Source: a virus. From it: a stretch of 64,000 bases of DNA. Within the stretch, counting starts at the first letter, position 1, and each line of letters begins with the position of its first letter. The stretch covers positions 34,383 through 98,382 of IMG/VR virus record IMGVR_UViG_3300005537_000022; one strand, written 5' to 3'. Below the pieces are notes generated by a model. The model was not told the DNA's origin, did no database searches, and saw nothing but the letters and a program-made list of their open reading frames with translations. This document shows positions 28,604-37,446 of this stretch, in pieces. A program made the translations under genes and the position numbers.

Positions 28604-29509
28604 TCAGGCGAGGGTTTCGGGCTGCCGGCCGTCCGCCCACCGGGCGTAGCGCCTGGTCCAGTCCCGGTACCCGGCCTCGGTCATGACGTCGCCGCACTCG
28701 GCGCACACCGACCACGGAGGGTCCTGGCCGGGGTCGTCGGGCAGGTCGGCCCGGCGGAGGGCGAGCATGTCGCATTCCGGGCAGGGGACGCCGAGCAGCT
28801 CGACCGGGCGGGGCCGGGTCTCGCCGAGGGCGGCCCGTGCCATGCGGTGGAGCCAGAGGATCTCCAGTCCCGCGTCGGCGCCGCCGAGCTCGGGGCGCAT
28901 GGCGGCGTAGCCGGAGCGGACGGTGCCGTCGGGGGCGGCGTCGCCGAGCATGGCGATGAGATGGTGGGCGGCGGCGCGGCGCACCGGCTCCGGCTCGAGG
29001 GCGAGCAGGGCGTCCAGGCGGGGGGACAGCACTTTCACGGCCCGGTCCACGAGCCAGCCGTCCCGGACGATCCTGCGGCCCTCGCCGTCGCGGTCGGGCA
29101 GTTCCGCGAGCGAGGCGACGCCGGCGACGCGGTCATGCCAGGAGGCGAGGGACTCGGTGATGGCGCGCATGAGGGCCTCGGTGCCGAGGCCGAACGGGAT
29201 GCGGGGGCCGAACGGGGAGCGGACCGCCGTAGTGCCCTGTCCCGGGTTCCGGAGGTCCCCGGCGAGCGCGGCGTAGTCGCGGGGCAGGGCGTCCAGGGCG
29301 GTGGCGGCCTTGCCCCGGTCGGGGTCGCAGAAGGCGCGCGGGCCGCGGAGGGGGATGCGTTCCGGCCCGTCGGGGCCGTCGGCGGTGACGGCGGACGCGC
29401 AGTGCTCCCCCAGGGCGCAGGGGCGGCCGTCCAGGGGCCTGCCGTCGCGTTCCGGATCGCCGCGGAAGCTGGTTGACGGGGGTGAATATGCCCAGGGAGG
29501 CAGTGCCAT
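28604..29509 (-). CDS. Zn-finger protein typical upstream of actinophage packaging genes (possible late regulator)
   Basis: CPEC...CAEC at C-terminus; position; function inferred only. Confidence 0.6.
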   Translation of the reverse strand: MALPPWAYSPPSTSFRGDPERDGRPLDGRPCALGEHCASAVTADGPDGPERIPLRGPRAFCDPDRGKAATALDALPRDYAALAGDLRNPGQGTTAVRSPFGPRIPFGLGTEALMRAITESLASWHDRVAGVASLAELPDRDGEGRRIVRDGWLVDRAVKVLSPRLDALLALEPEPVRRAAAHHLIAMLGDAAPDGTVRSGYAAMRPELGGADAGLEILWLHRMARAALGETRPRPVELLGVPCPECDMLALRRADLPDDPGQDPPWSVCAECGDVMTEAGYRDWTRRYARWADGRQPETLA

Positions 29510-29560
29510 GCGCCCATGATCACCTACCGGGGCATGCGGGGCGAACGAGGCGCGCGGGTC

Positions 29561-30841
29561 CTATCCCGTCTCGCCGAGTGAGCGCTTCAGGAACTGCTTC
29601 TTGTGCTCCTGTCCCCACCGCTCGGACATCCCGACGCGCTCGGCGAGCTGGGCCCCGCTGATGTCCGGCTCCGCGGCAAGGATCTTGTCCGCGTCCTCCC
29701 GCGCGGCCCGCGCGATTTCGAGTTGCGTGCGGCCCGCAGGAGCACCCGCAGGGACAGCCCTGGACCCCGCAGGCGCGCCGGCCTTGCGGGTAAGCGACGC
29801 CGCCTTTGCCTCGGCCCGCGCGGCCCGCTGGCCGGCTTCCGCGCGGGCGGCTTCCGCGGCCTCCAGCGCCGTCCGCGCGGACTCGGCCGCGGCCCGCGCC
29901 TCGTCGAGCTGAGCCTGGAGGACAGGCCGCAGGACAGCGTCCCGCTCCACGCCGGCACGGGCGTTCCGCTCGGCATCGAGGCTGGTACGCAGGTTCCGCG
30001 TCTCGGTCTCGCGCGCCTCCCGCACCGTCCTCAGCTCAGCCCGCGCCGAGTCGAGCGCCATCTCAAGTTCCCCGCACCGCGCCTCCCGCAGGGCAGCCTC
30101 GCGGGCCGCGCCCGCGGCCTCCCGCGCGGCCTGCGTGCGGGCCTCCCCCGCGGCTTGCGCGGCAGCCCTTGCGGTCTCCAGTTCCTTGCGGAAGGCGTCC
30201 CGCTCGGCTTCGATCGCGGGGCGCAGGGCAGCCTCCCGCCGGGCCGTTTCGCGGGCCGCGCGCTCAGCCTCAAGCTCCTCCCGCAGGGTCCGCACGTCCG
30301 TCTCGCGCGCCCCCCGCGCGGTGTCGAGCGCGGCCCGCAGGGCGGTGATCTCGTCCGCCTCCGCGGCCTTGCGCCCGGCGGCCTCGGCGCGGTCCCGGTC
30401 GAGATGGCGCAGGTGCGCCAGGATGGCGCTCAGCCCGACCGCGACCAGCGGGATGGGCGTTATGAGCGCCGCCATCCACAGGGGGGCCTGCCGGTGGGCG
30501 GCGCTCACCAGGTGGCCCGCTTCCTGGCCGCCCAGGCTGAGGGCGAACATCACGATCGCGGACCACATGGCGAATGCCCGGGAGCGCGGCCCGGGTGCGC
30601 CGGCGAGCCACGCCCACAGCGCGTATCCCCAGTACGCCTCGGTGGTCACGGGGAGGATCCAGCCGGTGGTCATGCGGCCGAACTTCGGGAAGCCGGAGAC
30701 GCTGCCGATGACGAGCCATGACGCCCAGACTTCGATGAGGGCGCAGGCGGCGATGATCGCGAGGACCCAGAGGTGGTCGCGGCGGGACGTGCCCGCGGCG
30801 GGGTGCGCTTCTTCGGCTGAGTGACTGCCCATGTCGGCCAT
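29561..30841 (-). CDS. SpdB-like plasmid spread protein (TM helices, coiled coil, C-terminal HTH)
   Basis: About four N-terminal hydrophobic segments, long coiled coil, ISGAQLAERVGMSERW; downstream of traB. Confidence 0.65.
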   Translation of the reverse strand: MADMGSHSAEEAHPAAGTSRRDHLWVLAIIAACALIEVWASWLVIGSVSGFPKFGRMTTGWILPVTTEAYWGYALWAWLAGAPGPRSRAFAMWSAIVMFALSLGGQEAGHLVSAAHRQAPLWMAALITPIPLVAVGLSAILAHLRHLDRDRAEAAGRKAAEADEITALRAALDTARGARETDVRTLREELEAERAARETARREAALRPAIEAERDAFRKELETARAAAQAAGEARTQAAREAAGAAREAALREARCGELEMALDSARAELRTVREARETETRNLRTSLDAERNARAGVERDAVLRPVLQAQLDEARAAAESARTALEAAEAARAEAGQRAARAEAKAASLTRKAGAPAGSRAVPAGAPAGRTQLEIARAAREDADKILAAEPDISGAQLAERVGMSERWGQEHKKQFLKRSLGETG

Positions 30842-30915
30842 AATCTCCCGTTCCTCAAGATCGTTCCGGGTTTCGGCGCAGGGAGGCGGGGTGCCTCCCT
30901 GCGCGGGGCGGTCCG

Positions 30916-31230
30916 TCAGGCGAACTCCGCCAGCAGCGCCCGCGTCTGCTTCGGGCCCAGGCCCCGTATCCGGCGGTCGCGGGCGATGCCGATCCGGTCC
31001 ATGACCTGGCCGGCACGGACCCCTCCGAGGCCCGGCAGGGACATGAGCAGGGTCTTCACCTTCATGCCCGCGAGGACGTCGTTCTCAGCGGCCTCCGCGA
31101 TGACCGCGGCGAGCGTGACCTCCCCGGACTTGAGGCGGTTCTTGAGAGCGGCGCGCTCCTTGCGGGCCGTTGCCGCCTTCTGCAACGCTTCGGCGCGCTG
31201 CTCGGGGGTTAGTTCGGGGAGTGTTCCCAT
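30916..31230 (-). CDS. mihF: Actinobacterial integration host factor (mIHF/sIHF)
   Basis: LPELTPEQRAEALQKAA.AR..RA.LK..LK.G...MKV..LL.SLPG.G.VRA...RR.RGLG..Q..ALL.EF matches the family end to end. Confidence 0.93.
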   Translation of the reverse strand: MGTLPELTPEQRAEALQKAATARKERAALKNRLKSGEVTLAAVIAEAAENDVLAGMKVKTLLMSLPGLGGVRAGQVMDRIGIARDRRIRGLGPKQTRALLAEFA

Positions 31231-31285
31231 AATCTGTTTCTCCTTGTCGGGTAGTTCGGGTTTGATGCTGACTGCTCTCGGGCTG

Positions 31286-31510
31286 TCAGTTCCGCAGGCT
31301 GGCGGCGCGGGCCTCGTCCGGGGTGCCCCGCCCGTCGAATCCGCGCTTCTCGAAGCCCAGGGCCCGGCCGGTCGCGGGGTCCGTCCGGGACATGACCGGG
31401 GCGCCGTTTCCGTCCGTCAGGCCGAAGTCGCCTGGTGCCGCCTCCACCTGGACCTTCTTCCGCAGGCCGAGCGCCTTCATGAGCTTGCCGGGGCTCTCGC
31501 GGATCGGCAT
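31286..31510 (-). CDS. Hypothetical protein
   Basis: AAGGAG RBS; MPIRESPGKLMK. Confidence 0.5.
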   Translation of the reverse strand: MPIRESPGKLMKALGLRKKVQVEAAPGDFGLTDGNGAPVMSRTDPATGRALGFEKRGFDGRGTPDEARAASLRN

Positions 31511-31553
31511 GTTCCCCACTCTCCTTCCCTGATTGGTTACTGTGCGTGATTTC

Positions 31554-31699
31554 GACGGGGTGTCCAGGGTGTCCAGAACGGACAGTCCAGGGTGTCCAGA
31601 ACGGTGTCCAGAACGGGTGTCCTCGCGCCCGCGCGCGCACGCCTGCGCGCGTAGGGGGGCGCAGGCGGCCTCCCGGCTGGACACCCTGGACACCCCGTC
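31554..31699. repeat. clt-like array: GGTGTCCAG direct repeats bounded by a 23-bp perfect inverted repeat
   Basis: GGTGTCCAG at 31559, 31568, 31591, 31603 (partials at 31583, 31616); inverted CTGGACACC at 31677, 31686; directly after traB stop. Confidence 0.8.
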
Positions 31700-31710
31700 A
31701 CTCAGCGTGG

Positions 31711-33825
31711 TCACTGTGCGGAGTGGACGAGGGTCAGCAGGGCGGCGTCGCCCTCGGCGACCGCCCCCAGCTCGGCGTGGACCGACCGGCCCGGGACCGG
31801 GCGCCACACGCCGTCATCCACCCTGGTCACGGCGCCCCGGTCGGCCAGCCGGGACAAGGTGTCCGACACCCATGACGGGGACATGCCCGACGCCTCGATG
31901 AGTTCCCGGCGGGAGATCCCGGCGGGGCCCGCTGCGGCGAGCGCGTCGCAGAACGCCTTGCGCCTGGCGGCCTTGCCCGCGCTGGCGCGGGCCGCCGCCC
32001 CGGGGGCGGGGGCGATGTCGTCGCCCTCGGTCTCGGCAGCGATCCGGGCCGCCACCGCGGCGCCGTCCTCGTCCTGGCCGCCGGCGGGGGGAGGGACGGC
32101 TGCCGCCGGCGCGTAACCGGGGCCGTGTTCCGTTTCGCCCGGGTCGCCGAACATCTCGACGGCAGCCGCGTACTGCGGCGAGACCGGGCGGAACGCCGGG
32201 TCGGTCCGCAGGTGCCTGCGGTCCCACCACTCCTGCCACGTGAGGCTCCCGAAGCCGCTCGGCTCGCCCCCGCAGAACAGGAGCAGGCGGGGGCGCTTCA
32301 CCGTGCGGGCGTTCTCCGCGCACACCCGTTCGAGCAGCGAGTGCGGCACGTGCGGGGCGCGGAGCTTCTCCGGCCTGGCACGCGGGCCGAGCTTCATCAG
32401 GAACTCGCCCTTCTCCTCCAGCCTGGAGGCGTCGCTGCGGGCGTCGCCGAGCGCGTACGACCCGTGGTCGGCGTGCTCGACCGCGTAGCAGGCCCGCAGC
32501 GGCAGGTTCATCCGCGTCTGCTCCGTCCTGACGCTCTCCTCCAGGGCGCCGTACTGGGTGTAGACCTCGAAGTACTCCTCCAGGCCCGATCCCTGGCTGG
32601 CGCCGATGGCCAGCAGCCGGGCGCACTCGGAGTCGCCCGCGGTCACCGACGTGAGCGGGTTGGCCTCGTCGATGAGGACGTGGATCGCGGGCGTGCGCGG
32701 GTCGGCCAGGGCCTGCTCCTGGCCGGTGTCCCAGTCGCGGGCGCGGGCGGCGATCTCGGCGCACAGCATCCGCAGGCAGGCGCGGGCCTCGTCCAGGTCC
32801 GTGATCACCCAGTCGACCGCGGCGGACTTGAGCAGGGGCCGGGCGCTGCGCTTCTTCAGGTCGATGACGATCTGCCGGCTGTCGGGGCAGCCGGAGAGCT
32901 GGACGACGCGCAGCGCCAGGTGGTTCGACTTCCCGGACCTCGTCTTGCCGTTGACGAACGCATTCGTGCGCTGCGGCACGCGGACCAGCTCCCCGGTCTC
33001 GGACATGCCGAGGACCGCGTCCTCGTGCACGGAGCGGGGGGCGAGCGACGGGTCCCACTCGATGACCTCGCGCAGCGGGTTCTCCCGCTTCATGAACACG
33101 TCGGCCTGGCTGGGGTTGCCCTTGACGGGCTCCACGCGGACCATGCCGATGTCCGAGTGGCCCTGGAGCGCGGACTCGATCAGGTGCACGGCGTCCTTCA
33201 CGCTGTGGAACGACTGGCGGCCGGGCACGAGCTGGACGCGCAGCCGCACCTGGGACGGCTTCTCCTCGGCGGCGATGACCCGGGAACCGCCCACTCCCCA
33301 CGCGGGGGCGTGGGCGGCCCACCATGCCTGCCAGCCGGCCAGGAGCCTTTCCCGGTCCTTGGTGCCGCGGACCCGGTGATGCTGCCACCAGAAATATCCC
33401 CACGCGCCGGACAGGACGGCGAGGGAGCCGGCCAGGCCGGGGCCCGCGCCCGACACGGGGCCGAGCAGCGAGGCGGCGGACAGCCACCCGCAGCCCGCGA
33501 CGGCCGACAGCCGGGCGTACCACACCTCGGGCATGCGGGGCGTCCCGTCCTTCCGCGTCCACTTGTGGGGCGCGAACCACCATACGGCCGCGGTCAGGGC
33601 CGCCCCGGCGTAGGCGGCGTCCGAGCCGGTCCCGTTCGCGTGCATGATCTCCGCCGCCGTCCACGCGACGGCCGGGACCGCGACGGGCACGGAGATGTCG
33701 CGGCGGCGCCGCGCCGCCCGGATGATCCGGGCCGGGAGCGCCTCGGACTGCCGCCTCGGCTGCGGCATGCCGGGCACGTGCACGGGCGCGTGGTCCGGGC
33801 GGGGCTCGACTTCGGTGCCGGGCAC
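31711..33825 (-). CDS. traB: TraB-type FtsK/SpoIIIE conjugative DNA translocase
   Basis: N-terminal TM segments, Walker A GKTRSGKS, IDLK, Walker B VLIDE, C-terminal winged helix (GISRRELIEASGMSPSWVSDTL). Confidence 0.85.
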   Translation of the reverse strand: MPGTEVEPRPDHAPVHVPGMPQPRRQSEALPARIIRAARRRRDISVPVAVPAVAWTAAEIMHANGTGSDAAYAGAALTAAVWWFAPHKWTRKDGTPRMPEVWYARLSAVAGCGWLSAASLLGPVSGAGPGLAGSLAVLSGAWGYFWWQHHRVRGTKDRERLLAGWQAWWAAHAPAWGVGGSRVIAAEEKPSQVRLRVQLVPGRQSFHSVKDAVHLIESALQGHSDIGMVRVEPVKGNPSQADVFMKRENPLREVIEWDPSLAPRSVHEDAVLGMSETGELVRVPQRTNAFVNGKTRSGKSNHLALRVVQLSGCPDSRQIVIDLKKRSARPLLKSAAVDWVITDLDEARACLRMLCAEIAARARDWDTGQEQALADPRTPAIHVLIDEANPLTSVTAGDSECARLLAIGASQGSGLEEYFEVYTQYGALEESVRTEQTRMNLPLRACYAVEHADHGSYALGDARSDASRLEEKGEFLMKLGPRARPEKLRAPHVPHSLLERVCAENARTVKRPRLLLFCGGEPSGFGSLTWQEWWDRRHLRTDPAFRPVSPQYAAAVEMFGDPGETEHGPGYAPAAAVPPPAGGQDEDGAAVAARIAAETEGDDIAPAPGAAARASAGKAARRKAFCDALAAAGPAGISRRELIEASGMSPSWVSDTLSRLADRGAVTRVDDGVWRPVPGRSVHAELGAVAEGDAALLTLVHSAQ

Positions 33826-33827
33826 GG

Positions 33828-34793
33828 TCAGCGGCCCGCCGTCTCGGCGAGCTGGTCGTGGTGGGGCATCCGCCGGCCCGCGGCCATGGACTCCTCGACG
33901 CTGGCCTTCAGCAGGGCGGCGAGGGCGGCATCGGATTCGGCGAACGCGGACGCCGCCGCGTTCAGGTGCGAGGCGCCCATGGCTATGGGCTCGCTCACGT
34001 CATGGCCGTAGTGCTGGTCCGGCTCGGACAGGGCGCGGGCCATCGACAGGGCCATGGCGGCGGCGCGGCGGCAGATGGCGATCAGCGCGATCATGGCGCG
34101 GCGCTTGGCCTTGATGTTGCCGGCCAGCGCGTAGGCGCGGACGCGGCTCATTCCCTCGACTGCCTGCTCGACTCCGGGTACCGCCTCGGCGGCTGCTGGC
34201 GTGGTCACGGTGTTCCCTTCAGGGACGGGCGTTCCGGTAGGTCCCGGCGCGGGGCGGGGCGGGAGCGGGGGGCCGCCTCCGTCCCGCGCCGGGGGCTCTG
34301 GCGGCTGCGGGGGGTCCTGGGGGAGTGCGGGGTCCCGGGGGGTGCCGGGGCGTTCTGGGTCCGGCAGAGGGCTGGCCGGCGGCGCGGCCCCGCCGCCGCC
34401 GGGGCTGGCGCCGGCCGGGGAGTCCCGGCGGGGACGCTCGTCCCCGAGCCGGATGACCCGTCCGCGGACGGTGCCGCCCCGCGGGCGGGGGCCGAGCGGT
34501 TCCGGGGACTGCGGGCCGCCGCCCGCCGTTCCGCGGTCCCGTCCGCGCGCCCGCGCGGCGGCCTCCTGCTCTTCGAGCCTGTGCTTGTGCCGGGCCGCGT
34601 CGCGGAGCAGGCTGTTGTAGTGCTTCGCGGTCTCCAGCCGCAGGGCGCGCCGGTGAGCCAGCCAGCCGGAGAGGGGACCGCCCCGCTTCTTCCCGCCCTC
34701 GCCCCGGTGCCGCACGCGGAGCCGGGCCACGAACAAGCCCGGCACGCCGATGAGGACCAGCGCCAGGACGACATCTGCGCCGTGCACGTGCAC
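33828..34793 (-). CDS. TraA-like transfer accessory protein (TM anchor, Pro-rich linker, helical domain)
   Basis: Immediately upstream of traB; possible internal start near 34208. Confidence 0.55.
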   Translation of the reverse strand: MHVHGADVVLALVLIGVPGLFVARLRVRHRGEGGKKRGGPLSGWLAHRRALRLETAKHYNSLLRDAARHKHRLEEQEAAARARGRDRGTAGGGPQSPEPLGPRPRGGTVRGRVIRLGDERPRRDSPAGASPGGGGAAPPASPLPDPERPGTPRDPALPQDPPQPPEPPARDGGGPPLPPRPAPGPTGTPVPEGNTVTTPAAAEAVPGVEQAVEGMSRVRAYALAGNIKAKRRAMIALIAICRRAAAMALSMARALSEPDQHYGHDVSEPIAMGASHLNAAASAFAESDAALAALLKASVEESMAAGRRMPHHDQLAETAGR

Positions 34794-34797
34794 CGCA

Positions 34798-35250
34798 TCA
34801 TCCGCCTATCCACTGCGACACCTGCGCAGCCCACTGCTGCACGGGGAACACGGTCAGCACGCCGTGCAGGTGGCCGCCGCTCAGCGCCGCCGCGAAGGGA
34901 AGCGCCAGCGCGAACCAGGCGACCCTGGGCCCGGGTTCCAGCCACGCGCCGAGGACCGCCGCGAGGAACAGCGTGAAGCCGCTGATGACGACGATCTCGT
35001 GCCCGGTGCCCGTGCGGACGGGGCCCGCCATCGACACCAGGCTGGCCTCCCAGCCGGTCAGGATGCCGCCGAGGGGCGACACGACGACCGCCGCGCCGCC
35101 GGTGAACATGCCGAAGATCAGCAGCCGGTACGCCCACGGGTGCAGGCGGGGCGGCAGGTTCCCGCCGTGGCGTCCCGCGAACCATAGCAGCGCGATTACC
35201 GCGCCGAGGAGGATGACGCCGAACGAGGACCCGGCGATGGCGGCCGTCAT
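34798..35250 (-). CDS. Small multi-pass membrane protein (Spd-like)
   Basis: About four hydrophobic segments; in tra operon. Confidence 0.65.
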   Translation of the reverse strand: MTAAIAGSSFGVILLGAVIALLWFAGRHGGNLPPRLHPWAYRLLIFGMFTGGAAVVVSPLGGILTGWEASLVSMAGPVRTGTGHEIVVISGFTLFLAAVLGAWLEPGPRVAWFALALPFAAALSGGHLHGVLTVFPVQQWAAQVSQWIGG

Positions 35251-35561
35251 GCCGCCAGCCCGTTCCGCCCGGAGTTCCGCCCGGCGATGATCGCGCGCCG
35301 TTCCCGTTCGGTCGTGCCGCCCCACACGCCCCACAGCTCGCCGGCGTCCAGCGCGTGCTCGAGGCAGGCGCCCCGGACGGGGCAGGCGGCGCAGACGCGG
35401 AGGGCGGGGGCGGCAGACTGGCCGGGGTCCGGGTAGAACAGGGCCGGGTCGGTCTCGGCGCACAGCGCGCCGTCCTGCCAGGGGGGCTCTCCCGGCTGGT
35501 CCCAGCCGGGAACCGGGGGCTGCCAGGCCAGGACCTGGATGACGCGGGGATTCGCGGTCAC
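35247..35561 (-). CDS. whiB: WhiB-family regulator
   Basis: ALCAETDPALFYP...C..CPVR..C...GVWGGTTERER. Confidence 0.92.
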   Translation of the reverse strand: MTANPRVIQVLAWQPPVPGWDQPGEPPWQDGALCAETDPALFYPDPGQSAAPALRVCAACPVRGACLEHALDAGELWGVWGGTTERERRAIIAGRNSGRNGLAA

Positions 35562-35824
35562 GCCGCGCTCCTTTCCCGGCGCAGCACGGTGGCCCGCTCG
35601 CGGGCGGTCAGGCCGCCGAACACGCCGTGCCCGATCCGGTTCGCGAGCGCGAACCGAAGGCACTCGGGGCGCACCGTGCAGCCGGCGCACCAGGTGATCG
35701 CCTTGCGTGCCTGCGCCTTGAACGCCCGGGTGTCCGGGCGGGCGGCCGGGAAGAAGATCTCCGGGTCGGCGGTGCGGCAGGCGGCGAGCGCCGTCCAGTC
35801 ACGGACGGGAAACGGGGCGGTCAC
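35558..35824 (-). CDS. whiB: WhiB-family regulator (second)
   Basis: AACRTADPEIFFP...C..C.VR.EC...GVFGGLT.RER. Confidence 0.9.
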   Translation of the reverse strand: MTAPFPVRDWTALAACRTADPEIFFPAARPDTRAFKAQARKAITWCAGCTVRPECLRFALANRIGHGVFGGLTARERATVLRRERSAA

Positions 35825-35973
35825 GACGGGTCCTCCTCTTCGTCTTCGGGCCACATGACGCGGCGGAGCGCGTCGCCGAACTCCTGGGCGGCCCCCGCGT
35901 CCTTCGCGCCGATCTTGCGGACCGTGTCCCACAAGGGGTTAAGGTCCGTTTCGGTGTAGGTCCGGATGCTCAC
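35821..35973 (-). CDS. Small hypothetical protein
   Basis: GTGA-coupled in operon. Confidence 0.45.
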   Translation of the reverse strand: MSIRTYTETDLNPLWDTVRKIGAKDAGAAQEFGDALRRVMWPEDEEEDPS

Positions 35974-36064
35974 CGCTCCGGCCTCACCGGCTGGGACGGG
36001 ACGCCGCAGTGCTCGGGGGCGGTGCCCATGGCACCGCAGGCGCAGGTGTAGACGGGCTGGTCCC

Positions 36065-36370
36065 TCACGGCGCACCGCCGTCAAGGGCCGCCCGCGGGAC
36101 CGGGACCACCGGGCCGGCCAGGTCACGGCACCGCTCCGGGGTCACGCCCTGCTCTTCGAGCACGGCCATCGCGCCGGCCAGCTCGGCGAGCAGCATGTCC
36201 CCCGGGTGCGCGCCGTCGCGGATGCCCTGCGCGGTGAAGCCGGCGGCGGTGAACACCATCGCGCTGTCCCGGGCCGCCTCCGGGTCAGCGAAGCCGGGAC
36301 GGGGCCAGGTGTGGCAGCGGGCAGGCTCCCCGCCCGCCGCGCGGGGAGGGGACTCAACGGTTATTGTCAT
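36065..36370 (-). CDS. Hypothetical protein
   Basis: In operon. Confidence 0.5.
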   Translation of the reverse strand: MTITVESPPRAAGGEPARCHTWPRPGFADPEAARDSAMVFTAAGFTAQGIRDGAHPGDMLLAELAGAMAVLEEQGVTPERCRDLAGPVVPVPRAALDGGAP

Positions 36371-36455
36371 CAGTCAAGCGCTCCGATCGGTTCTGCGGTT
36401 GGGGTGCCAGGCCCGTCGCGGTGGTTGAGTCACCTGCGGCGGGCCGTCCTGTTTT

Positions 36456-36689
36456 TCAGGCTGCCGGCTTGAGCCTTGCGAGCAGGGCGAGCGCGTCGGC
36501 TTCCCTGACGCGCCGCTGGCCGCCGGGCGTGCGGGAAACCGGAAGGTGCCCCGCCTTGTCCCAGTCGCGAAGAGTGCTGGCGGGGACGGGGTAGAGCCCG
36601 GCTTCCACGAAGAGGGCCGAGACCTCGTGCGGCCTCAGCCACTTCTCTGGTGCTCGTTGCGGTGCTTCCAACGCTGTTGTCCGTCTCAT
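36456..36689 (-). CDS. MerR/excisionase-like (BldC-related) HTH protein
   Basis: LRPHEVSALF...STLRDWDKAG...RTPGGQRR. Confidence 0.8.
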   Translation of the reverse strand: MRRTTALEAPQRAPEKWLRPHEVSALFVEAGLYPVPASTLRDWDKAGHLPVSRTPGGQRRVREADALALLARLKPAA

Positions 36690-36719
36690 GGTCGGTGGGT
36701 CTTCCGGTGGTTCCGTTGC

Positions 36720-36797
36720 TTGCACTAGACTAAGGCGTCAATCCAGTGCAGTCAAGGAGGCTTTCACTAGTGCAGGCAGCTCAACTAGCCTTGGCAG
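36720..36797. promoter_or_regulatory. Divergent promoter/operator between tra operon and GntR repressor
   Basis: Minus strand TTGACT-17-TAGTCT; plus strand TAGCCT-6nt-GTG; repeated TGCACT(A/G)G half sites including CACTAGTG palindrome. Confidence 0.7.
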
Positions 36798-37265
36798 GTG
36801 CCAGTGCCCGACTATTCAGACCCGACCCCGGCCCGCAAGCAGATCGCCGACGACCTGCGGGCGCGGATTCGAGCGGGCGAATTCGCGCCCGGCAGCCGGC
36901 TTCCGTCGAACATCGCGCTGTCGGAGCAGTACGGGGTCGCGACCGAAACGGTCCGGGCGGCGCTCGAAGAACTGCGCGCCGAGGGCGTCGTGGCCACGCA
37001 GTCGACGCGCGGCACCTACGTGACGACCAGGCCGGCTGATGGCGTGCAGCCTGATCTCAGGGCGGTCGGCGAGCAGGTGGCAGAGCTTCGGCAGGAAGTC
37101 CGCGAACTTGCGGAACGCGCCGATTCCGGCGAGCTGCTCGCGAGGATCGGCCGGATCGAGGCCATCCTCGTCGGCCTCCACAGGAGGCTTGGCTTCCCGG
37201 ACCCGTACGACGGCGGCCAGGACGGCACGGAGGAAGCGGCCGCGCAGGGGAACCCGGAGCGGTAA
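36798..37265 (+). CDS. GntR-family repressor (KorA/TraR-like)
   Basis: QIADDLRARIRAGEFAPGSRLPS...L...YGVA..TVR.AL..L..EG...RGTYV; divergent from tra operon. Confidence 0.88.
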   Translation: MPVPDYSDPTPARKQIADDLRARIRAGEFAPGSRLPSNIALSEQYGVATETVRAALEELRAEGVVATQSTRGTYVTTRPADGVQPDLRAVGEQVAELRQEVRELAERADSGELLARIGRIEAILVGLHRRLGFPDPYDGGQDGTEEAAAQGNPER

Positions 37266-37446
37266 CGCCGGAATAGCGGGCCTCGCGGAAATAAGTACCC
37301 CCGGGTGATTCGTGGTCGCCCGGGGGGTTTACCGCCGATCAAGTTCCCTTACCCAGAGGATCGACTTGCCCAATTCTAGGGGCACGCCTTCGGCGTGCCC
37401 TCCCGAAATCCCATTTCGTCGCGCGCCGGCAACGGCGGCATTACCC

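Noticed and set aside
31554-31699. CRISPR array or MITE
   Set aside because: 9-bp units without unique spacers; no target duplication seen; position after traB favours clt.
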